This document shows, in pieces, positions 23,950 to 36,725 of a DNA stretch of 64,000 bases; position 1 is the first letter of the stretch; each line of letters starts with the position of its first letter. The notes under the pieces are model-generated. The model was given only the letters and a program-made list of their open reading frames with translations. It was not told the origin of the DNA and searched no databases. This DNA comes from Rhizodiscina lignyota (Eukaryota), in assembly GCA_010015805.1 (NCBI GenBank), contig ML978122.1:2948453-3012452 (forward strand), given 5' to 3'. The translations under genes and the position numbers were made by a program.

Positions 23950-24716
23950 AGATATTTTTCTCATGAAATATTTTGGAAGATCTATTTGTTCAAGCGGCTT
24001 GGGTAGTTCTGGCTCGGATGGAGATTTCGATGTCGCCAGACTTTACGGATGAATCTCTGCTTTCATGCTCTTGTGTTACTGATCATTGGAGAGGACAGCG
24101 ATGCATTGCACGACTTGAGACTTGTGTATATCAATAATATTCATATTGATGAGATGATATTGCGGAGCCGTCTGCTTCAATTTTTCGTGTAACTGATTGT
24201 TGCAGGGGACAGCGATGTATTCATATATGAGGTTTGTCTACATCAATAATATTTGCAGTGCCGACCTGATCTGGCCGAATCGAAGCTGTGTTTCCTTCTA
24301 CTTGAGCGGGCGCTGAAGAGGCTGGCCTCGTGTAAACGGATGAGGCCGGATCGACGATTGGACGAGCTCGACATAGGTTGATGCATAGATATATGTGGAT
24401 TCATTTTGATGATGTAACCAGCATCAATTTCACTTGCAGTAATGTGACTTAAGGTTATGCTTATGTAGGCATGGAGAGTGAGTTATTTGAAAACTAGGTT
24501 TTCATTTGTATAGTCAAGAGTAGAAAGTGGTCATCCATTCAGGGAGACCGGGCATTGCAAGCCCATACTTGGTATCGTAGAAGGAAAATGCCCCAAGTGC
24601 CCTCAGGCATGAAATCATCCGATCAGAACCGCAACCCGCGTGCTCTGCAAGAAAATCTCGTCACCACTCTAGTCCCACCAGTTCGAGGGAGAAGATCGAT
24701 GCTGGAGTAAAGAAGC

Positions 24717-25374
24717 TTACTTCCTGTCCGCATCCGCCTGGTCCTGCAGCTCGCTCTCCACACCACGCTGCAGCGTCTTGCCCTTGTCGTGCTGCTCGCG
24801 CGACGCCCTCTCTGCCTCGGGATTGTTCGTGAGGCCTGCGACCGCGCTGCCTACAGTACCTGACACTCGGTCCTTCACACCACCGCCCAGATCGCTCAGC
24901 TGGCCCTGCGCCTCCTGGCCTTTGCCCTGCTTGTTCTGCTCGATGCCCTCGCGCTTCAGGCCCTCGGCGCCCACCAGGTTGCCCAGCATCTCCTTGCCGC
25001 TGCCGATCGTCTGGTTCCAGCTGCCCTCGGTGCGGTTCGGGTCGTTGGCCGCGACGCCGGAGGATGAGACCGACACGCCGCCGAGAGAGGCGCCGGCATG
25101 GTTGGCGTCGTCTTCGAGTTGGGCCTTGTCCTTGCGGTCTTGGGCTTGCGCCTGCGGTGTGTCAACGAGTGGCTCGATCGTGGGACCCATTAACACGGGG
25201 AAGGTGAGCTTGAGGGTAAAGTGAGAGTATCATCATGTCTTAAATGTGGAAAGAAAATAGCAAACGCACCTTGTCGGCCGAGTTGCCCGTGACGGCACCG
25301 AGGATTGACTGTCCCGTAGCCGTGATAGAGTCAATGGTAGACTGGATAGCGGATGGCTGAGTCTTGTCCGACAT
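24717..25374 (-). CDS. CsbD-like stress hydrophilin; exons 25374-25270 and 25151-24717
   Basis: Exon 1 MSDKTQPSAIQSTIDSITATGQSILGAVTGNSADK spliced to ...GSWNQTIGSGKEMLGNLVGAEGLKREG...GKGQEAQGQLSD...QHDKGK. Confidence 0.85.
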
Positions 25375-25630
25375 GATGACTTGTAGATTGGTAGAAGAGG
25401 TCTGAGTTTGCTTTGATTGTTAGAAGGAAAAGTTCTGTGTGCTCGATGTTGCTTGAAAAGGGAAGCAAACGAAAGGGAAGGAAGGCTACTTATACTCCAG
25501 TGAAGCGCTTCCAAACACCAGTCAGCTGGCGTGCTTCAGGCTCCAACTACGTAAGGTAACCGCGTTAAGCTCGCGCTTTTCCTTGCTTTCAGGGTCAAGT
25601 GCCCCAGATGGTGGGTGAAGGAGGGACCAA

Positions 25631-25639
25631 CGACGTCAT
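25631..25639 (-). promoter_or_regulatory. CRE-like (ATF/CREB bZIP) site ATGACGTCG upstream of the CsbD-like gene
   Basis: About 260 bp upstream of the ATG; a second ACGT core (TTACGTAG) lies near 25550. Confidence 0.35.
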
Positions 25640-28069
25640 CCGTGCAACGATGTGATTGGTGGCGCACAGAGCTTGATTCACGTTTCCCGTTCCCGCATCA
25701 TCGAGATCGCCCACTTTCCGATCCTGCGCCACACTTTTCGCCATGCACGTGAATGTAGCTAAGTACTGCAAGATCCTGTTCGCTGCACGTCATCAGAACT
25801 TTCTAGAATACGAAGATAGACACCAGCCTGATTTTGAGGCCAATGGCTGTGGTGGGAGGAAGCATGTGGGCTACTTGTTTGCGGAAGAGGGGTTAGCATA
25901 TCAAGGGCAGCTCCAAATAATTCCGGCACAATACTGAGACGGTTGGCACCTCATTCACTTAGTGCCACAGCTGAGATTAAGTTTTAAGGTTGCTCCCATG
26001 ACATCTGAATGCATAGTTGTACCACGGTTCGAGCGGAATATCCTATGGCGCTCCTTAAACTTAGCGGAATTCTACAACAAGACTATTAGCTGCTTTGTCA
26101 AAACAGAGAGAGTCCAAGGCGCGATCATGAAGAATTGTTGCTTCAGTTAATGAGCTTGATACTGTCTTGGAGCGTCTCTCCTAGCCTAATGTTAGTTTAA
26201 TCATTCCACAGAATACCGACAGAATCGTTCTTTGTCTACCTACGCAGCTCTAAAAAAAGGAGTCCCTTTCTATTCGCCACTATTTCATTCAAGAATGCGT
26301 TTTACCAAATCAGTTTGTTATCAGATGCACAGTTAAAGAATGTCCGCCCATGACACAGTTGCAAGCCCTCCGTCCAATACCGCCACTCGCGCTCCTGCAG
26401 CTTTGAAGAAGGTCGTATTCGCGAAACTCGGACTTTGGAGGTTGCGGGCTGGCTGCTTGTTGTCTTACGAGCTGCCTCTGTTTTACACCTGTCTTCATCT
26501 TGCTCTTTGGCACAGTCAAGACGTGTGAGCAAGCGCTGAAGAGTATCGGATGCGATGAAGCTTCGAAGATATTGGAAACCGACACTTAACGGTGGTCGGG
26601 GGAATGTTTTGATTTATTTATCTGAAAGTTCATGATAGTTGGGCGGGACAGCAGACGGCGTACGGCCTGTATAGCACAAGGCAAATCCGTAGATCAGTGG
26701 CATGCTAGAGCTTGGTGACGGAACGTTGGACTGGCCGTGCCACGTCCATTGGCCGCGACTGTAAGCGGTCAACTGAAATAGAGAGGCAACACATTCCTCG
26801 GCAGCACCACGCCAAAGCACGGAGTACTCTTATCGATCACGCTGGCACCATGTGCCTCGGCACCTGACGCTGAAGCGGTGCTAAATGCTTGCATGTGTAA
26901 AATGTGAGAAGGCACCGCGGATAGACCGTTTCCTGTCGGCGACATGCGGGGGAAAACTTGGTAACGCAGAAATTGTGTGGCACGCGTGGCTAAGAGAAAG
27001 AATCCAGTGGAAGAAGAGAAGGAAGATGCGGCAATGATTTTCATAGAAATTGATGAACTTGTAGATAGCCACAACGAAAATGAGTGGTAGACCTTCCCGA
27101 GATAATTCCTCTCAAGACACGAGTTCGAGTGCATCATTTTCAAAAATGTATCACGTGTGCTTCGGCAAACGATATAAGCTTCATATGAAATGCATGTGAT
27201 AGTTCTAATCGCACCAAGGCTTTTAGTTGTTTAATAAATTGGTTTGTGGACAGAGAGGAAAGGGGGGAGCCACAGGGAAGCCGAAATATAGTACCTCAAA
27301 GCGTAAGCAAACTCTTAACCGAATCTAGAATGGCGTTCGCCAAGAGGAGATGCGAAGACTGCTGAAGTATCGTAATCAATGCTATCCTAGTCTACATTTG
27401 ACGCTAGCGCGGAGCCGGAGTAGCCCTTGTCGCTTCGGCGCCCGTGACTCTTCCTCCTCCTGGCCAACTTCCTCAACAATACCCCTCTCTCTTTGTTGAA
27501 GAAGACGAGACAGCATTCAAGCGATGCAATCTCTGATTCCACTTGCCGTCTAACTACGTCGATCGATATGGCGCCAGTGGCAATCAACGCGCCATGTCAA
27601 CTCTTTCTCTGGGCGGACCTGCGGAGTTGTCAGCATCCCAAACGCTGAGGAGTTAGACACGAGCATATGGGTACTGAGATATGATGGAACATCTCGTTCC
27701 ATTGGCAATGATGCCCTCACACATTGGTTTGGATATTGTGAGGCTGGAGAAATCTCACTTGGTTCAATCTAATTTCGACACATCGTTATTCTTTCTCGCT
27801 CTTCCATCATTAAAACCATGTCTCCTGCACTTTGGACCGTGATAAAGGAGATAGAAATGTCCGAGTGGAGGTCGATTCCCACCGTAGCTGTTGCGCGGGG
27901 GGCGTGGATCAATCGTGCCTGCCTCGCTCGCTACCAGCTCTGTTTCGCGGTGCGGAGTCGACCCGTTCCAACCTCACGAGTCGATGCTACCAAATCATCA
28001 TTATTGTTTATGAAACTGATTATTCTGTCTGAACTGGAAAAATAACTCAACCAGCATGTTCCATCCACT

Positions 28070-29352
28070 ATGAGTCCCAACGACTCGCCGGCCAAGCGCA
28101 AGAGCTCTGGCGCTTTATCTAACCATGGAGCTATTACAGAAAAGCGTCGAAAATCCAGCTCTGCTGATTCCAGCGGTGATTGGACTTCTTCAGGGTCGGT
28201 ACCACCCGACGAACGAAAAGCAGTGTCTATTAAAGCTCCAGTGGAGAACGTCGATCTTCAGCTTCGTTTTAGGGTTCAGCAAATCTCGAGTCTATCACCG
28301 TCCCCAGAGGGAGTGGACAGGATGGGCGTGCAGGTCATCAAGCCAGCAAAGCAGGAGGTGCAGTCACCGCAGCCGGAGATACAGCCAACGCAGTATGGAT
28401 TTGCAGGTAATTCGAGAAGCGGGATTGTCGCATATTTGCATGATATCAAGCCTTACTCGGTCGCAGGACTTTCGGCGGCACTCCAGGAAGCCATCGACCG
28501 CTTGGAGAATGCACCAAAAGCCCCGGAAAACGTGGTAGACGATCAGCTCGAGGATCAGGAATGTTCAACTATCGATTTCACTATGATGGATGAGATGGGT
28601 GCATTCGATTTTGGTACACCTCCACCTTATGAAGACTTTATGCAGGACTTTGTCCATGCACCCGAATGGTCTCCTCCTTTCCCCACGGAGCAAACCCCCG
28701 GCTGGCTGGACGACCTCCCGCCTGAAACTGAGCGTGCACGTCGTGCGCGTGCCTTGAAGAATATGGAATTCTGGGATGAGTATGCTTCAAAAATTCGCAG
28801 CGGACTGAGCAGACTCCCTTGTGAGGTTCTTGACGTAGATTATCTTGCACGTAAGGATTGTTGCCCCCGATACCGCCATGGCTTTCCATACGACTTGAAC
28901 ACCGCTCTCACGCAAAAGGAGTGGGATGAGTGGTATGCACAGCGTCAGGAGGAGAAGCGCAAAGAGTTTATGGAAGAAATGTTTGCTTTCGAAGTAAGTC
29001 CGCTATTCCATGGCAGTAAGGCAGAATCAAAACTGACGCATGTTATTCTGTGCAGCTCAGCCTCATTGGCGAATACGATCCCGCCGAACCACTCGTATGT
29101 TATGGAGAATGGACACAAGCAAATGGCATGGAAGGCTCAGACAAGTATGTCTAGGTTATATCGGGAACTTGTGATATGTGACTAACATGTGCATGTGAAA
29201 CTAGGTGGCGCGCGCCTAAGGAAGAGGCGCTGAATGTGAAGATGGAGTCTATGACGGTGAATGAGAAGAGTGAAGAGTACTCTGACGATGAGAGCATGGA
29301 GGGCCCCTTGAGCTCACCGTGTCCCTCGTCGGGCAATCCAATTGCCCATTAG
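28070..29352 (+). CDS. Hypothetical, probably nuclear protein; exons 28070-28993, 29056-29144, 29205-29352
   Basis: Long ORF with basic clusters (AKRKS, KRRKS); two canonical introns (GTAAGT...CTGAC...CAG; GTATGT...CTAAC...TAG) give a continuous frame to a stop. Confidence 0.7.
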
Positions 29353-29708
29353 ATGTTGCATGAAGTTGTTCCAGTTGGTCTTCTCCTTTTGTAGCGCTAA
29401 ATTTCGCCGAGCATGGTGGTCTCATTCGTACCTGCTCTGTCTTTTTCATTTCCACGATTGTTCCGAGTATGACACATGGGGTCCTTCCCTTCACGAAGTT
29501 TGTTGGTTGTGAAGGTGGTGCCTACCTTTTGTAACTTTCTTTCCACTGAGATCTAACTGTACTTCAACTTTCGGGCAACATCTTTTCTGATCAACTTTCT
29601 ATTCACACAATCCAAGGATTTTGCTTATCTTCACAACTCTTCGCTTCCAACTGACTCTTCCTCAAGTACACCTTCTCAACCACTGAACACACGTCATAAC
29701 CAAACGCC

Positions 29709-31800
29709 ATGGCAAATGTCAATGATAATGGCAAACGGAGAAGATCTCCCATTAGCGACTATCCAACACCACAGAGCATGATTGAACAACCGGATTCACC
29801 GATCTCAGGCAAACCGTCGCAAGCATTCAAATCGCCGCTGGAAGGGAAAAGATCGAAGCCAGTTATTGCAGAGCAGGTAATTATTTCGGGCTCAGTTTGG
29901 ATCATTTCTGCTAACACAACTGCCATCTCAGCAACAAGATGCTTCATCTAACCGAAAGGTTTCCAAAACCCAACCATCGGTCCCTCTTCACATGAACCTG
30001 CGTGGCGCCACGTCCCGGACTCCAACCCGGCCATTTGAGCAACCCGTCATTTCGAAAGGGCATCAAGTCAAATCGCAACAGCCCCACTTCACGCCAGAGG
30101 AGGATGCCACTCTCATTGATCTCAAAGAGAATCATAATCTGGGTTGGGCGGCTGTCGCAGCAATATTTAAAAAGAAATATCCAGAGAGGACAGAGAAGGC
30201 AATCGCACAGAGATATCAGCGGAGTCTTGCACCCGACAAGCGTAATCATACTGCGGCAAAGCCAACTCCAGCGAAGCCAGCTCGGGCGAAACCACCCCCT
30301 GCGAAACCAGCTCTAGCAAAGTCGACTCCTTTGAAATCCATTCTAAAGAAATCCACTCCAAAGGGACCCAACTTCACTCAAGAGGAGGATGAAACTATCG
30401 TTAGTCTTAGAGAAAACCAAAAGCTGAGTTGGGGAAATATTACAGTGGCATTCAATACGACACATCCAACACGTACAGAGAAGGCAATCACGCAAAGGTA
30501 CCAGCAGCATCTTGCTCCCCATAACCGCACCGATCCGTCTATGATGAAATCCGCTCTGTCTGGGCCCAGCTTCACTAAAGAGCAGGATGACACTATCCTC
30601 TTTGTTAGGGATCAGGTGGGATTGGTAGGGAAGCAACTCACCGAAGAATACAACTATTGGTGTCCGGAGCCGCAACGGACGCAGAGTGCCATTGAGAGCA
30701 GGTACAACAGAGTCCTTTCCCCTGCAGCAGTGGCGAAAGCGTCTAGCAAGACTGTGTCCTTTTCTTCCGGCGCCCACTTTACACCGGAGGAGGACAGCAC
30801 CATTGTCGATCTCAAAGAGAATCATGATGGATGGACTTGGCTTGAGATTGCCGTGGAGTATGCTAAGAAACATCCCGGACGTTCCCACAGGGGCCTTGCA
30901 GCCAGATACCAGACTCATCTCGCACCCGAAAAGCGGCTCGCGCCTGGCACCGAAGCGGGTGCTCTCCTCGGAGCCCCATTTTCGCAGGAAGAGGACAACA
31001 CCATCATTCGCCTCAGAGAGACGCGGGGTCTGCAATGGAAGGAGGTGACCGAAGAGTTCTGCAGGCTTCATCCGAGGCGACCTCAACGTCACATTTTGGG
31101 CAGGTACAGAAAGCACCTTTCCAAGGCAAACCGAGGTGCTGTGGACGAGTCGGGAGACATCATGATGCTTGAGAGTAGCACCCCCGATAGCTCTCCACCA
31201 GCTCCAAACCTCCCACGTGAACTCCTAGATGGACGTATACCGACGTTCGCCCCCGTAGATCCAGTTCTTGAACTGGATGGATTTCTACACGGATCCCCAA
31301 ATGAGTTCCTGCCGGTAGCTCCAGCTGGGCTACGTGATTCCCTGGATGAAGACCCATCGGAGTTCGTCGAAGGTTTCAAGTTCCAAAACGATGAATTCTC
31401 CCGCCTCGCACCTGCACCTGTGCTAATTCCTACTCGCTCGCAATATTCACAGGCGGACTTCGACAACGCGCAAAAGATTTTGCGCCAGAGCATCAAGGGT
31501 GGACAGCTCGCGGAAACGAGAGCTGAGTACTTGACAGTAGGCACACGTCATTAATTCGATGGGGCTCAGGTCACTCTCTAGACAGTGTGCTGACAGGAAT
31601 TTCTGCATCAGAAGCGCGTCAGCAACGAAAGATATACCGATGAGACGAAAATAGGCAATATCGTCGGGAATGTCTTCAAGGAAGTCATAGACTGCGAGCA
31701 GTTTAATCACAACATGGACAGATGGGACTTGAATAAATCGGACGAGGGTGTGAAGCACGGCAGAAAATTGCGGACCAGAAAGGAACGGAAAAGCGATTAG
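29709..31800 (+). CDS. Protein with five Myb/SANT-like repeats; exons 29709-29876, 29932-31536, 31612-31800
   Basis: Five copies of F[TS]xE[EQ]DxT[IL]...W...R...RYxxxL; canonical introns keep the frame. Confidence 0.85.
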
Positions 31801-32198
31801 TTAGATTTTCTGGGGTGTTTGAAGTGCATTTGGCGAGACGCTATTGGCAATCGGCCTGACTGGGATACCGGCAGTGAAAAATATGCATTCAGAACCGAAA
31901 TTAATATCCTTACGATATCACACTCTTTTGGTGAAAGAAAAGTGGGTTGAGTTACCGGTAGATAGGTTCGATCGATCGTGATTCATGCGTATGATTTACT
32001 CTGAGCGACAAAACATATATGATCTTGGCGGATGCGTCTCTTCGGCGATGTGCGCAATGGGAACACGAAAACGCTGCGCACACTAAGAGTTCTAAAGGCC
32101 ATCGCATTGTTTTATCTATATGGAACTATTGAGTGAATATGCTTTCACAATATCTCGGGGTCTTGTTCCAGCCTGGACTCCTGTATGTCTTGTGCCAT

Positions 32199-34514
32199 TC
32201 AACTGCCATTAAGCAGCTGTGCTCGTGCCACGTAGTTATCAATCCCAAATTTAACGCCTCCGTAGCTAGGAGCGAGTTTCGAATTGATCGGAGCCTTCGT
32301 GATCTTGAAACCAAGCTTCGTGACACCTTTCCAGCCCGGGAACGTGCACGGCTGCGGTGGCGTTGGCGAGACACTGAGACCCAACTGTTGACCAAGCTCG
32401 CCGGAGAGCAGGACTGGTGGGTTGAATGTACAGACCTTTGTCTGACTCAGAAGTTGCTTATCGGCGCCGTCTGCAATTGCGAGCGGGTAGGCGGTGACTT
32501 CGCATTTCTCAGGCAAGGAGGCAGCTTGATCCAGATCGTCGATCTCTAGTAGATCCGATGCGCTCAGGGTGCTAAGCAAGGCGCTGAGCGTATTGAGTTG
32601 GAGAAGAGAAGCTTTGGACAAGTAGCAGGCAACATCGACGGAGAGCGGCTGCATCGATTGGAATTTAGTGGTAGCGAAAGCCGTGGTGATGTTACCAAAC
32701 GGGTCCTGGGCAGTGTTGCCTGTTGCACCCTGTCCGCCATAGTATTGAATGAACGACGCTGCTGTCGCTAGGTTATAGGTAAGTCCCTCATGGTGGATGC
32801 CGCATGATGTATCCTGAACGGGATTACCGTTGACCACGCCAGCGTCGTTGTACTGCTGAAATGTTAGCCGAACTTCAGAATGCCCGGTGGTATTATACAG
32901 ACGCTGCAATTGACTTCTTGATACTGAGGGGCTGGATTCCGGCGTTCAATGGGAGGTGCGAGCTTCTCTGCTTCGGACACAAAGTTGTCAATTGCAAAGT
33001 TGACGCCTCCGTCGCCCGTAGGTATATCGAAGGCCTTCAGCAACTGAGAGTTGATCGGAGCGCTCGTGAGCTTGAAACCGATCTTCGTCACACCTTTCCA
33101 GGCTTCTGGGAATATGCACGGTAATGGTGGGGTTGGTGTGATACTGAGACCGAGTTCGCTGCCAAGCTTCCCTGACAGTAGAACTGGTGGATTGAACGGG
33201 CACACGTGTTGTTGGCCGACGAGCGCTTCGTTAGCACCTTGGGCAACAGAGTACACGTACACGGTGATTTGGCACTGCTCGGGCAGAGACGCCGCTGATT
33301 CGAGATTGATAATTTTCTCCAGCTCTATGCCTGGGAACAACCGAAGAAGCGCATCGACAGCCTGAGCTTGGAGTATATCACGCTTGGCCAGATAGCAGGC
33401 AACATCCACAGATCGAGGTTGCATCCACTGGAACTCCGTCGTATCCGTGGTTATGTTCGATATTGGGTTTGTGTCCGGGTCGGCATGTGCACCCTGTCCG
33501 CCGTATTCTAAGATGAATGCCCCGGGCGGAGTAAGCATGAAGTCGAACGCCTCATGATGGAGGCCGCACGAGGTATCTGGAATTGGGACATCAGTTTCCG
33601 CACCGACATCGTTATACTGTCAATGGGTGAGTGAAGGTATTGCTATATGATCTAGATACTGACGGTGCAGTTAATTTTCTCGTATTGCGGCGCTGGATTC
33701 TGATCTCGAATGGAGAGCTCCGGTTTCTGCACCTGGGAGATGCAGTTGTCAATTCCGAAGTTGACACCTCCGGACTTAGCAGGGAGTAACTGTGCGTTTA
33801 TCGGAGCCATTGTAACATTGAAGCCAATCTTTGTTACGCCTTTCCAAGTCGCTGGGAAAGTACAGCGCTGCGGCGGCGTCGGTTCGACGCTGAGACCAAA
33901 CTCGCTGCCGAGCGGTCCGGAGAGAAGAACAGGCGGCTTAAATTGGCAGACGTGAGACTGGCCCACGAGATTTTTGCTCCCATCTTGTGCCTCGAACACA
34001 AAAGCGGTGATTTCACATTGTTCCGGGAGTGAGCCAGCTGGTTTAAGGTCGTCTAGTTTGAGTTTATCTCCCTTTGGGAGGCCGTCAATCAGGGCCACAA
34101 GAGTGTCAGTCCCTAGTGTGTCTTTAGACAGAAAACAGGCAACGTCCGCGGACTGTAGCTGCATTGATTGAAACGTGGTGGTATCCGTGGTGATGTTGGC
34201 GAGTGTTGGCGAGTTCGCGCCCTGTCCGCCGTAGAATTCAATGAACGAAGCGATCGTGTCAATGTAGAAGAGGAAGCCTTCGTGATGAAGGCCACAAGAG
34301 GTATCAGGGATCGGCTTGCCAGCGATAGCACCCACATCGTTGTACTATTAAAATGTTAGAAATGGCATTGTACATCAGTAGCAATACTAACACTGCAGTT
34401 GACCTGTTCATATTGAGGTTCGGACCCTGCACCTCGAATGGCGAACTCGTCGAACGAGGCCACGACGAACGCGGATAGAAGCAGAGCAAGAAAGAAGACA
34501 ATCATTGAAGCCAT
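32199..34514 (-). CDS. Secreted protein of about 723 aa made of three tandem homologous six-Cys domains; exons 34514-34392, 34344-33664, 33616-32903, 32852-32199
   Basis: Signal peptide MASMIVFFLALLLSAFVVA; each repeat reads PQYxx[VI]NCx|YND...DTSCG[LI]HHE...YGGQGA...DVAC...SLPExC...PPVLLSG...WKGVTK...FxIDN; three phase-0 introns join the ORF-track fragments into one frame. Confidence 0.85.
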
Positions 34515-35091
34515 GATGCGCGGCTCGTACACGTTCAGGCTCTAAATAGGATTTTCCTCGAGAACAAGAGAAGAAAAGGAAGTAAATGGAGGTCTTGATT
34601 ACCCTCGGACTCCATTCGATACATAAGGTAAAAGTCCAGTTTGAGTGCGCTCCGAAGAAAGCGTCGCACAACGGAAACCTGACGGCATAGTGATGGTGAT
34701 ATGTCTCTGTTATGGTTAAGATGGGAAGCCACGATTATCCTCTTCCGATCTCCGGCGGGTACAGATCGCATGCGTGGGTGGAGAAGATAACTTCTTCAGC
34801 TCCGTGCAACATGATCTGCGACAAGGCGAATCATGTTTGAGAGGCTTCCAACTCTGCGTTTTGCCTTCTCCGATGCCGAAAATTCTGCTACGTTGAGCTC
34901 GTGCAGTGTGGGTCTCATCGGGTCAAGATGTACTCGAGCTGATTTCTAGACAAGCAGGGTAATACTTCTCGAATTGGTCGAAGTCAATTGCTCTTTTCAC
35001 TTGGGTATCGTACATCGCACGTACACATACATCGTTAATTACTGGCCGTTTCAATCATCATCAGCAGGTGTTCTGCCTCTGTCTCCTATGC

Positions 35092-36191
35092 TTAATTCTC
35101 TTCTTTGACGATTAGATTCTCGCCTTGCTTGACCCTCTGCGCCCATTCTGTCCAGCTACCATCATACACTTGCCGCGTGTCGGGGTTGAATCCAGCTTCA
35201 GTCAGAGCCGTATCAACAACAGTAGCCGTCACACCAGTGCCGCAACTGCTGATGATAGGCTTGGATGGATCGACGCCCTTCTCTTGGAAGATTTGCTTAA
35301 GCTTTTCAGTTGGGAGGAATGCACCCGTCTTCGGATCGAGAAGGGTGGTATGCGGGATGTTCAGGGAATTGGGCATGTGGCCGGGGGATAAGCCTGAATA
35401 GTGTTAGCGTTTCTTCCGCAGTAGATTGTTAATTTGCTGGAGAATTGCTGCTCACCTTTCCGTGGCTCTGGAGCCGTTCCCTTCCAGCGTCCTTCGGGTC
35501 TTGCATCTAGGACTTGTACTTCCTCCGCGCCCTCTTTGCCCTGCTCCGTTACTCTTTCTTTAACCTCCTCAAATGCCACTACCATGCTGTTGTTCATCTC
35601 CGGCACTGCATATGCCACCTCTTCGACATTTTCTGAGGGCTCTCCTTCCTCAACCGGATAACCCTCATCCACCCACGCTCTGAAGTTGTTCAGGAGATGT
35701 ACCTCTGGATGTCCAAACACCCTCAAAGTCCATGCTACTCTTGGAGCAGAGAAAATTCCAACCTCCGCAGTGTCATAGACCACGACCGTATCGTCCCGCT
35801 TGATGCCCAATTTGCCCATCTCTCGCGCGAAGACTTCGGGGGTCGGAAGCATGTGCGGGTATGGACTCTCCTCATCTTTCACTTTGTCCAAGTCAAAGAA
35901 CCGTGAATGAGGTATACGCTTTGCCACGTAGGAACCCCAGCCGGTGCGTTTCTGTGGGTCGTTCGGAAGGAACCATGCTGCGGATAAGGGGATGATGCGA
36001 GGTGCCGTGGAGAGGCGAGAGTGGATGTTCTTGGAGAGGGCAGTAGAGAGCTCGGAGGGCGTGACGAGGTAGGAGGGCAGTGAATAAGAAGTTGTAGGTG
36101 AAGACATGGTGCGCACGTGCGTTCGGACGTGGAGGATTCGCGTAGATGGAGCGATGTAGAAGCGTAATGGCTTGACGAAGAGGGTTGCCAT
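35092..36191 (-). CDS. TUM1: Tandem-rhodanese thiosulfate/3-mercaptopyruvate sulfurtransferase; exons 36191-35456 and 35393-35092
   Basis: FFDLD, PHMLP, APRVAW, LDAR, GHMP, active site SCGTGVTA, YDGSWTEW; Arg-rich N-terminus resembling a mitochondrial presequence. Confidence 0.9.
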
Positions 36192-36725
36192 TACTGCTGA
36201 GAATCTTCTGATTAGCCTCGAAGCTAAGGTAGTTATTTGCTTTTCGTTGCAAGAAAGAAGGGAAATTGAAGAAAGGGAGGCGAAATTGCGTGAGAGAGCT
36301 CCAGAAGAGGGGTTCTCGAACAAAGGCGGACGGAGGTGGAGATCGGCCCTGAACGTTGAGATCTCACATGCTACGAGACTGAAAAGCTTACCCTGGTCTA
36401 GACAGAACGATCCATCGCGAGTATGGAGTGGACGTTATCACTATGGAATCACAATGGCATCGGTATCAAGCTCTGAGAGGCGCGCAACAGCTCCAATGTC
36501 CGGTCCCACAATTTCTTTCCTTCAACCTCGGGCAACACGGCGAAACTGCGGCAAAGGGCTATTCAGGGGCTCACCACTACGTTGTAGATTGGCTTTCAGA
36601 CCTGCAAATCTTTAGAACATATCGGATTTTTATCCGTAGTGGAATTGTACTTTATGCTTCATTACAACTATCTGCCAGATATTCCGCGGTTCGCACCTCA
36701 TATATCATACTCGTCGCTTATACCC

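Noticed and set aside
26000..27800. Short ORFs, including 27387-27587 (minus) with a nearby splice-acceptor-like site
   Set aside because: Could not build a stop-free spliced model.
32199..34335. Reading the three repeats as three separate tandem genes
   Set aside because: Only the first has a start codon and signal peptide; the apparent stops lie inside canonical introns.
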